The notes beneath the pieces are model-generated. The model saw nothing but the letters and a program-made list of their open reading frames with translations, was not told the origin of the DNA and did no database searches. This document shows positions 50,976-60,959 of a stretch of DNA of 64,000 nt, in pieces. Position 1 is the first letter of the stretch; each line of letters opens with the position of its first letter. The stretch comes from Hemiscyllium ocellatum (lineage: Eukaryota): the NCBI RefSeq assembly GCF_020745735.1, contig NC_083422.1, positions 21,080,001-21,144,000 of the forward strand, in the 5' to 3' direction. A program made the translations under genes and the position numbers.

Positions 50976-51909
50976 AAAAGCAGCTTGCCAGTAACTTGTT
51001 TGGGGCAATTTGGAATGAGTAGTAAATGATGGCCAGCAGTTGGAAAACTGCTGTGATTTCATGGAAGAGGCTGCAGATGTTCCAGCTCTGGATGTAAAAC
51101 ACCTGACTTGAGAATGCATTAGTACCTTGACATGATGGCCGTGGTCTGGGCTGACTGGCTGGCTAACAGCAAGGACTCTTATTGAGAGAGTGAACACTGC
51201 CATCCTCAGACAGCACTTCAGTATGTCTCCAGGGAATGACAGCAACAATCCCTCCACACCACCCCCACCATGTCCTCTTTATGGCTGTACCTCTGCAGCT
51301 CTTGTAATGCAGGTAAAAACAATAGTGCAGATGCTGGAAACCAGATTCTGGATTAGTGGTGCTGGAAGAGCACAGCAGTTCAGGCAGCATCCAAACAGCA
51401 GTAAAATCGACGTTTCAGGCAAAAGCTCTTCATCAGGAATACAGAGAGCCTGAAGGGTGGAGAGATAAGTGAGAGGAGGGTGGGGGTGGGGAGAAAGTAG
51501 CATAGAGTACAATGGGTGAGTGGGGGAGGAGATGAAGGTGATAGGTCGGGGAGGTGAGGGTGGAGTGGATAGGTGGAAAAGAAGATTGGCAGGTAGGACA
51601 ACTCATGGGGAAGTGCTGAGCTGGAAGTTGGGAACGGCAGTGAGGTGGGGGAAGGGGAAATGAGGAAACTGTTGAAGTCCACATTGATGCCCTGGGGTTG
51701 AAGCGTTCTGAGGCAGAAGATGAGGCATTCTTCCTCCAGACGTCTGATGGTGAGGGAGCAGCGGTGAAGGAGGCCCAGGATCTCCATGTCCTCGGCAGAG
51801 TGGGAGGGAGAGTTGAAATGTTGGGCCACAGGGCGGTGTGGTTGATTGGTGCAGGTGCCCTGGAGATGTTCCCTAAAGCACTCTGCTGGGAGGCGTCCAG
51901 TCTCCCCAA

Positions 51910-52960
51910 GTGGTAGTCTGGCGCACTGACCTCTACACCGCTGAAGCCAAACGCCAGCTCGAGGACACCTCTTCCTACCACCCCCTCGACCATGACCCCA
52001 CTCCCCATCAACAAACCATCATCTCCCAGACCATACAGAACCTCATTACCTCAGGGTATCTCCCAACCACAGCTTCCAACCTCATGGTCCAGAAACCCCG
52101 CACTGCCCGGTTCTACCTCCTTCCCAAGATCCACAAGCCTGACCAACCTAGATGACCCATTGTCTCAGCATGCTCCTGCCCCACTGAACTCATTTCTACC
52201 TACCTTGACACTGTCCTATCCCTCCTCGTCCAGGAACTCCCCACATACGTTCAAGACATCACCCATACCCTCCACCTCCTCCAAGACTTCCATTTCCCCG
52301 GCCCCCAATGCCTCATCTTCACCATGGATATCCAATCCCTCTAAATCTCCATTCGCCATGACTAGGGCCTCCAAGCCCTCCATTTCTTCCTCGCCCGACG
52401 TCCCCAACAGTACCCTTCCACCGACACTCTCACTTGTTTGGCTGAACTGGTCCTCACCCTTAACAATTTGACCTCCGAATCCTCCCACTTCCTCCAGACC
52501 AAAGGGGTAGCCATGGGCACACGTATGGGCCCCAGCTATGCCTGTCTCTTTGTTGTCTGCGTAGAACAGTTGATCTTCCGTAAATACACCGGCACCACTC
52601 CCCACCTCTTCCTCCGCTACATTGATGACTGCATTGGCGCCACCTCGTGCTCTCACGAGGGGGTTGAGCAATTCATCAACTTCACCAACACATTCCACCC
52701 TGACCTAAAATTTACCTGGACCATCTCTGACACCTCCATCCCCATCCTAGACCTCTCCATCTCCATTAATGATGACTGACTTGATATCGACATTTTTTAC
52801 AAACCCACCGATTTCCACAGCTACCTGGATTACACCTCTTCCCACCCCACCTTCTGCAAAAATGCCATCCCGTATTCCCATTTCCTCCGCCTCGCCGTAT
52901 CTGCTCCCAGGAGGACCAATTCCACCTCAGAACACACCACATGGCCTCCTTCTTTAGAGA
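51910..52960 (+). pseudogene. Penelope-type reverse transcriptase (5'-truncated, with stops and frameshifts)
   Basis: Reads RFYLLPKIHKP, FTMDIQSL, KGVAMGTRMGPSYACLF, FLRYIDDCIG, TFHPDLKFTW and IPILDLSI. Confidence 0.92.
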
Positions 52961-53233
52961 CCGCAATTTCCCTTCCCCCGTGGTTAAAGATGCCCTCCAA
53001 TTTATCTCGCCCACATCCCAGACCTCCACCCTCAGACCTCACCCCTCCAACCGTAACAAGAACAGAATGCCCTGGTACTCACCTTCCACCCTACCAACCT
53101 TTGCATAAACCAAATCATCTGCCGACATTTCCACCACCTCCAAACAGACCCCACCACCAGGGATATATTTCCCTCCCCACTCCTTTTCGCCTTCCGCAAA
53201 GACCGTTCCCTCTGTGACTACCTGGTAAGGTCC

Positions 53234-53670
53234 ATGCCCTCCTTCAACCCATCCTCCCATCTTGGCACCTTCCCCTGCCACTGCAGGAATTGCAAAACCT
53301 GCGCCCACACCTCTTCCCTCACCTCCATCCAAGGCCCTAAAGGAGCCTTCCACGTTCATCAAGGTTTTACCTGCACATCCACCAATATCATTTATTGTAT
53401 CCGTTGCTCCCGAAGCAGTCTCCTGTACATTGCAGAGACTGGGCGCCTCCTAGCATAGCGCTTTAGGGACCATCTCTGGGACACCCGCATCAATCAACCA
53501 CTCCGCCCTGTGGCCCAACATTTCAACTGTCCCTCCCACTCTGCCGAGGACATGGAGGTCCTGGGCCTCCTTCACCGCTGCTCACTCACCACCAGACGCC
53601 TGGAGGAAGAAGGCCTCATCTTCCACCTCGGAACACTTCAACCTCAGGGCATCAATGTGGACTTCAACAG
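53234..53670 (+). pseudogene. GIY-YIG endonuclease of the Penelope-like element (one in-frame stop)
   Basis: Reads CHCRNCKTC...FTCTSTNIIYCIRCSRSSLLYIAETGRLLA*RFRDH...VAQHF...RRLEEEGLIFHLGTLQPQGIN. Confidence 0.92.
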
Positions 53671-54894
53671 TTTCCTCATTACCCCTTCCCCCACCTCACC
53701 GCAGTTCCCAACTTCCAGCTCAGCACTGTCCCCGTGACTTGTCGTACCTGCCTATTTTCTTTTCCACCTATCCACTCCACCTACCACCCCCCCGACCTAT
53801 CACCTTCATCCCCTCCCCCACTCACCTGTTGTACTCTATGCTACTTTCTCCCCAACCCCACCCTCCTCTCACTTACCTCTCCACCCTTCAGGCTCTCTGC
53901 CTGTATTCCTGACGAAGGGCTTTTGCCCAAAACGTCAATTTTACTGCTCCTCGGATACTGCCTGAACTGCTGTGCTCTTCCAGCACCACTAATCCAGCTC
54001 TTGTAATGTGTTAATTGCTGGACAACTGTGAAAGCCCTCAACCCTTTTGCACTCTGTCTTTGCAGTGGTCTGAGTTTATGTGACTCCAATCTTGCTCATT
54101 GCAACAAGCATCCATGTGCGGTTTTGGGACTTCCAGTGCTGCTATTATTATGCCTCTACTTCACGTATTCAACTTGTAGCATTTGTGTAAGAAGTAAGAA
54201 CTTTTATTTCTTTACTTACCCACTCAAGTCTTTCCTTTATTGGATACATCATTATCAAAAATGCTTTTCCCCATCTTCCCACGATAAATATGCAGTACAT
54301 TTTGGAGCTTTCAGCCACACAAGTGTTTTCAAAGCAGCTTATACTCCAACACAGATTCTCCAATGGCCAGTACATCAAATGTGATGAATCGTTATGGTCA
54401 GAGCCTAATTAACTGACTGAGCATCAAAATATCCCAGAAGCAGATCCTGAAGCCAGCTGTAAGGGTAACAAATACAACCTTATCCCCAACAATAACCTTT
54501 GCTCAGACTTTTACCGTGTAGCTTACATCGCTAAGGGCTGGGTTTTCATTGTCAGGTGTACTTTGCAGATCATAAAAATGATGCAAAAAATCTCACCCTT
54601 TATTCTGAGAAATCCAAATTTTGGTGGCTGGGGCGGAGAGTGGGGTGTGATTCACCCAAGAGGGAAACAGAGACTCAGACCTCTGTACTGAATTCAAACA
54701 TTTGTGGTTGTTGTGAATTGTGATTGATGGGGTTGTCTTTGGGCTAAAATTTACCAGAAATCAGCAAAAGATTGTTTTGGCAAGTTTTATGGATGGTTTC
54801 TTTCTATGAAGCCTAGCAAGTTTTCTTGTGCTAATTTCCCAGACTCGCCTCATTATCATGTAGGAGCAAAGATTTGTACTGGGGATTATAATGG

Positions 54895-55390
54895 GTCAGG
54901 TGGCATCCTGAGAGAGAGAGCAAGCTAACATTTCAAGTCTAGATGACTCTTCATCAGAACTGATGTGAAGTGTGGAGGAGGCAGCATTTATGCACTATTG
55001 CAACGTTCTGGACTCAGTATTGAATTCAATGACTTTAGGGTCTCAGCACCTTTTCCCATATCGTTACACAACTCCCACACCCCAATCCTTGGTATCACAT
55101 GGGCTGCTACCAGTAACAACCCAATTGTTATTGATGCCCCCAGGCTGACCATTACTCATTCCTTTGTCTGCGCAAAAGTTGTTCTCTCTCTGTCTCTGTC
55201 TCTCTCTCTGATCTCCATCTCACCTACTGTTTTCTCCTTCCCCCTCCCCACACCCATCTTCAGCATGTGGACCAACAATTTCTTGGCCACATTGAGTTTT
55301 TAAAAAGATCATTGGACTTAAAAGGTTAGCTCTGATTTCTTTCCACAGATGCTGCCAGATCTGCTGAGTTTATCCAGTAACCTCTGAATT
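54895..55390. mobile_element. Penelope-like family C inverted composite, decayed
   Basis: Minus arm at about 54895-55000 carries a hammerhead. Plus arm reads LQRSGLSIEFNDFR (GIY-YIG end) through CACAGATGCTGCCAGATCTGCTGAG. Confidence 0.7.
54924..54960 (-). ncRNA. Minimal hammerhead ribozyme motif (family C), core intact
   Basis: Minus strand reads GTT CTGATGA A GAGTC ATCTA GACTT GAAA TG TT AGC. Stems I and II pair with G-U wobbles; the NUH triplet is GUU. Confidence 0.55.
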
Positions 55391-56550
55391 TTGCCCCTAT
55401 TTTTGAAGTATTAACTTCAACGCCATGAACTCCTGTTTCTGATGTGACACCTTATTGAATGCCTTGTGGAAAACCAAATACTGTAAACCTACTGATTTCA
55501 AAATTGCTCATCTCATCATAAAAGAACTCAATTTTTTTAAAAATTGCAAGCTGGGCCATTAATTCCTAGACAAAGATGATAGATTTCTTTTCCTGAAGGA
55601 CATTAGTGAACCAGACAGTTTCTTTCAACGATGTACAATGGGTACACAGCCCACATTGGTCTAGCTTTTAGTTCCAAATTTTCATTGATTCAAGGTTCAT
55701 ACACTGTCATGTCCCTAAAATGTTTGACTTGGTCTCTAGATTAATAGTCTAGCAACAATATCACTATACCACTACAATGATAAGCATGATTTCTGTTTCA
55801 CCAAATCATATTGACTTTGTTTTATTTTATTATGATTTTCTGACTGTCCTGATATTATCTTGTTTGTAGTGTATTTTAGAATGTTTGCAATGACAGACTA
55901 AGTGGCATATAGTTTCTGCTTTCTGATGCCCTCATTCCTTAAAAACAAATGTTCAATTTACTGTTTTACAATTTGCTGTGGCCTTTCCCAGATTCTAGGG
56001 GAAAAGAACAAGCTCACTGTCTCCTGGAAAGCTGTCACACTCTCCACTGATCCCAATCAGGTGGAAAAGGCTTCTTTGATATCACATCATTAGAACCAAC
56101 TGAGCAAACTAAGATTCCTGTCATTTACCACATCCTGGTGATTGTCATCAGAGGCTGGAAAAACCACGGTGTTAGTCAAACATTCCTTTTCATAGAAGAA
56201 TTTTTTGTGTCATTTGCTCACTTATCCTAAGTTGTTCTGCTCTCCTTTGTGTCCCAAATCCCCGAACAGTCAAGATTGTCTAACTTTACCTTGAGATTTA
56301 GTGAAGCTTTCTGTAATGCCCAGGATACTGACAGCAAATGTAGGCTGGTAATTGCTTTTAGTACTGGATTTATGCCTGCATAATATCCCACTTTGGTCCT
56401 TGAAGATAATAAAATGTCATATCAGACCTTGCTTGTGATTTAGAATATCAATTTATTTTACAAAGAAAAATAAACACAAAAGAAGCAATGTTATAATATG
56501 TTGATATATTTACAATGGATAACTTTGCAAGTAACCCATCTGGTAACAGT

Positions 56551-56728
56551 AAAGATGTGCAGGTTGGGTGAATTGACCATGCTAAATTGTCCACAGTGTT
56601 AGGTGCGTTAGTCAGGGATAAATATAGGGTAGGGGAATGGGTTTGGGTGGGTTTCTCTTCGGAGGGGCGGTGTGGATTTGTTGGGCTGAAGAGCCTGTTT
56701 CCACACTGTAGAGAATCTAATCTAATCC
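56551..56728 (+). mobile_element. 5'-truncated HE1/V-SINE-like SINE
   Basis: AAAGATGTGCAGG...GGGCTGAAGAGCCTGTTTCCACACTG...(AATCT)n. Confidence 0.8.
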
Positions 56729-57576
56729 AAATTCAATTGCATAAGACAATAGTTTTGGAATACTCTTTTGGTGAAGATTGGATCTTGTGCTGAGTGCACC
56801 AGTTTCCATTACAGCCCATGTGACACACCACACTGGCGAGGCATTAGGGTGGGCATTAACAATGAATGCTGAAAGTACACAGTAGGCAAATTTTGATGTT
56901 AGTGAGCAGATAATGCCATTGCCATTCTCAAACTTAGAGCTTTGGCAAAGGCCTTCTTTGCACTATTGATCACGCATGGGAAGTAGGAGGAATCGGCCCG
57001 TGTTATTTAAAAGGATCAGAAAATTCTTTGAGTTTAGTTGACAGATCTGGTTTTGTCAAAGTGTTTCAGTGTTGTTTACAGTTGGTAATGCTGAAAGGGA
57101 GTGCAGCTGCACATTCTGATTTCAGATTATTATTGACTGCATCCATAATGATTTGTGACTAGGAGCAGGAAGAGGAGGAGGCTACAGCATATCCCCTTTC
57201 CAGTTGGACTATCTGTGATGCACTTATTCAGTTGTAGTACTGATGAACATGTTCCTATTCAGTCAGAGTCTAGCACATTGCCTCTCACTGGCCATCATAG
57301 TGTCCTCTTGGCCACAACTCTAAAGTTAAATACCACCAGAAAGCAACCTTCCAAACCAACAGTATAAAAAACACCTTGTTTATCACGTTCATGCTCAATG
57401 ACTCACCATGTGTGGATGCTGCCTCTGTACTACCTTTTAAAAGATTGTCAGTATCTGAGCAGGAGTCTACGAGTGTGTTGCCACAAAACTGGTCTTTTAT
57501 TCTAAAAGCAGTTCCTGTTCTCAAGGAGACTGTGTCCTTGGTGTTTTTCAGAAGGGTTGTAAACAATTCCCACTTC

Positions 57577-58107
57577 TGATGAGACTGGTTTGGTACAGTG
57601 ATTAAAGTGTTTTGAGAGGCCTTTTTGTTTATATGTAAACAGTTGAGACTTCAGGCTAAAGTGATCTTGTTTTAGAAGTGACCTGTATAATGAAAGGCGT
57701 GTGGTCAGCTCTCTAGCTCAGCAGTTCAGTTCGGAACCAGTTCAGCAGTGTGGAAACAGGCTCTCTCTCTCCTTCTGCCCTTCTGACTTCAACCTGTAAG
57801 CATTTGTTTCATTTTTACTGTTTTTTAAAGGGGGAGTTGTTTATTGGGACTGTTGTGTATATTTGGAACAGCATAATTAAGTTTAGTTTGGATAAGCTGC
57901 ACTCTGTAGGGGTTCTTAATTCTGTTCTTTGTGTTTTATTGCGTTAATTTTGTGAATAATATTTTGTCTGTTTTAAAAGCTAGTAGTCAACCTAGCTAAC
58001 TTACTCCGGGTAATTTTCACTGTATACTTACCGAAACAAACTGCAAAGTTATGGTCTGAGCTGCCTGCTTAAAAATGTTTTGAGCGGTCTGGTCTAGTCC
58101 ATTAACA
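57577..58107 (+). mobile_element. Probable solo LTR
   Basis: TG...CA termini (TGATGAG ... GTCTAGTCCATTAACA), and its end is shared with 21820. No TSD recognised. Confidence 0.5.
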
Positions 58108-58240
58108 GTGTGATCAACTGATCATCTTGGGGTTTAAACTCCTGCAATATTGTTGATTATCTCTAGTTTTTCCGAAAAAGGAAATGTGTAATTGTAGCTT
58201 TGCGGTGAGGAAAGAACTGCATGTTTGATAAGATTTTTTT

Positions 58241-58549
58241 GATTAAGTTAGATTCCCTACAGCATGGAAGCAGGCCCGTTGGCCCAACCAGTCCACACCG
58301 ACCCTCTGAAGAGTGACCCACACAGACCGATTTCCCTCTGACTAATGCACCTCACACTACAGGCAATTTAGCATGGCCAATTCACCTGACCTGCACACCT
58401 TTGGACTGAGGGAGGAAACCGGAAGAAACCCATGCAGACACGGGGAGAATATGCAAACTCCACACAGACAGTTGCCCGAGGCTGGAATTGAACCTGAGAC
58501 CCTGGTGCTGTGAGGCAGCAGTGCTAACTACTGAGCCACCATGCCACCC
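58241..58549 (-). mobile_element. HE1/V-SINE-like SINE
   Basis: Full reverse-complement copy of the 10068-10366 family. Confidence 0.85.
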
Positions 58550-58734
58550 AATATTTGCAATACCTGTGGCTGTAAATTAGAAAAGATTAGGTTGAGGGGG
58601 AAATAGACTGTGAGAAGAAGATTAGACAGGAGTACGCTGTCATTTTCAGTCCTTTCATTCTCTCTGCTGGTCATGACCAGTTACAGCTGTTTCCTTAAGT
58701 TGTGGTTGTGTCTGTGTCCCACTGGTTAAGTGCT

Positions 58735-59125
58735 GATATCATTGGTTATGCAATACTTTGTCCTGCAAGACAGAGGGGAGTGCGTTAGTGAGTGTGGTCC
58801 AATGTGCTTGGATGATGTTCTCTTAGTTGAATGGATTGAAATATGAGCAATTTGAAGAATCTGGCTGTGAGACTTGTACTGTGGGAGGTGTGATTGGTAA
58901 TTTTGGTCAGTGAGTGATGGGGCCTCTGGTACATTGCTCAATGTATGAAGGTCATGGTGCATTTGGTGTATTGTGGCTTTGGGGGAGTATTCACTGATTT
59001 TGACCAAATGCAAGGACTTTTGAACCTCTTTTAGCGTTGCATCCAGATCCTCAGAGTTACATGCCTGGCATTGAGTGCTTGGCTTACTCCTTAAGTTAGT
59101 CTATCCTCATGTTTGCCTTGCAGGT
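58735..59125 (-). pseudogene. Second decayed Harbinger-type Myb/SANT-like gene remnant
   Basis: Minus strand reads VSQALNARHVTLRIWMQR*KRFK, then an intron-like spacer, then acceptor CCCCTCTGTCTTGCAG|DKVLHNQ*YQHLTSG, paralleling 37595-38130. Confidence 0.5.
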
Positions 59126-60054
59126 TTTGTGCCCCTTATACAACAATGTAACTACTCAACAGTGCATTTAAAGCTGCACACTGTATCCTGTAAATGAGCA
59201 GGCAGCACATATTTTGCCTGCATTGTCATAAATGATGTGAGTTAACACAAATACCACTCATTTTTAGACCTTATCAAATTTTCACGTTTAATTCTGCAAA
59301 CTGAGATGAGCCTTTGTAGATAGCTTTTAAATGGACACACTACTCTTGGCTGCCTTCTACAAGTGTCCAATTGCAGCTTTGAGACCTTAAACTATCTGGC
59401 AATTTCTCTGGAATTTCAATCTGACTATATTATAGGCTTCTGATCCAGTTCAGTCTGTAATATCCTGGAAGATCGGTCAGCTAGTAATCAAGGCCTCTGG
59501 GAGAAAAGAGAAAGGAAACATGAGGTAAAACAGTATTAAAAATATATTGAAAAGAATTTTATATATATCCCTCCTCCTACTAACGTATGTGACAGGTTTA
59601 GGTACGATAGACAGGGAAAACCTGTTCCAATTGGCTGATGATATAAAGACTAAAGCAGACAGATTTAAGAGAAGCACAACTATTTTATAAAATGAGTGGT
59701 ACTTACATGGAATTGTGGAAACCGAGACAATCAGTAATTGTGAAATGAAGCTTGATCGACAATTGTAGCAAATAAACTTGCAGGGCTACAGAAAGAGAGT
59801 GGAAAAATGAGGCTGACTGAATTACTCCACAGGAACTAGCATTAAAGCAATGGGGAAATGAGCTCTTTCATGCTATTTGAATGATTCCACAACTATATGT
59901 TTCATTAACATAAAATCAACGACATGCAGAGATTTTATCTCCCTGAGACAACATTAATTGTACGCATTATTTAGCACACAAAGTGTGTACATTTCACCAT
60001 TTCATACAATAGATAACTGACAGTTAAAATAGTATGAATGCATGGGAAAACATG

Positions 60055-60145
60055 GTTAAAAATCACACAACACCAGGTTATAGTCCAACAGGTTTAATTG
60101 GAAGCACACTAGCTTTCGGAGCGACGCTCCCTCATCAGGTGGTAG
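60055..60145 (-). mobile_element. Short Penelope-like family B fragment
   Basis: TTAAAAATCACACAACACCAGGTTATAGTCCAACAGG...CATCAGGTGG. Confidence 0.85.
60107..60141 (-). ncRNA. Minimal type I hammerhead ribozyme motif (family B), intact
   Basis: Minus strand reads CAC CTGATGA G GGAGC GTC GCTCC GAAA GC TA GTG. Confidence 0.75.
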
Positions 60146-60959
60146 TCATAGCTGTCACTTGCAGAAGGACATTGGACACAGGTACAGAGAACAAATTTCT
60201 ATTAAAAAGTTTGCATGAGTATCTTGCGATGCATGTATTGTTTGTCAATCAGAAGAAGCCCAAACCCTGGAGCTGTCATTTAGAATTCTCCCTGATCTGT
60301 TCCCGGGCATTGTCAGTGTTTGATGTACTATGGAATACCTCTTCAAACAAGACAAGAAAATCTGCTTTTAGAAGCTTTCTTTTCTGCTCAGTTTTGTTTC
60401 TCAGTTTGTGGTTTATTTATTTTCATCTTAAGACAATATACTGGCCAACTGTGTATTGTTGTTTCTGAAATTATACAGAATCCATTTCTTTGTCTCTTTC
60501 CTAGATGCTTTGCATTTGTCTTCTAGCTTTTAATAGTTCCTGGTCTAACCTGTAGAATTCTGAAAACAAGGTGTACTGTTAATATACTGATTTATATTGA
60601 ATGTCGTAGTATTTTGTGTGGGTGGAAAGCAGAAATAGGGTTTTCAGATTTGTCATGTATTAACATCTCTAATTTATGATGCTGCTGTTTCTCATCGAGT
60701 GTGCAGAATGTCACATCAACAGCTGAATATCATAGTTTCAAAGTTATTTTTTGCTTATGTTTTATGCACCCCTGTGTCCTGATATCTGTTTGATTTGTCT
60801 TTGAGCGCTTATCTAAAGTGTGTGTAAGCTGACTGGTTTGTAAGTCTGTTTTGTGGTGAACGAAATGTGTGCTGGAACATTGACAAAGTAAAAACTTTGC
60901 ACATAATTATTTGCTAAAAATGGTCCACTTTACCCATTTTTTATGTTCATACAATGAAA

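Larger units (their letters stand above)
51310..53994 (+). mobile_element. Penelope-like retroelement: inverted 3' arm (51310-51907, -) joined to RT + GIY-YIG + 3' UTR (51908-53994, +)
   Basis: 14-bp TSD CAGCTCTTGTAATG at 51296-51309 / 53995-54008. RT and GIY-YIG motifs present; hammerhead motifs at 51405-51440 (-) and 53905-53940 (+). Confidence 0.95.

Noticed and set aside
51380-53912. Many overlapping Pro/Ser/Gly-rich ORFs on both strands
   Set aside because: They are alternative or antisense frames of the C-rich Penelope element, not separate genes.
1747-60141. Apparent strand bias: the G12A knockout in 4 of 7 plus-strand versus 1 of 10 minus-strand family A/B hammerheads
   Set aside because: Counts are small (one-sided hypergeometric about 0.06 by hand), the pattern was noticed post hoc, and family C relics do not follow it.
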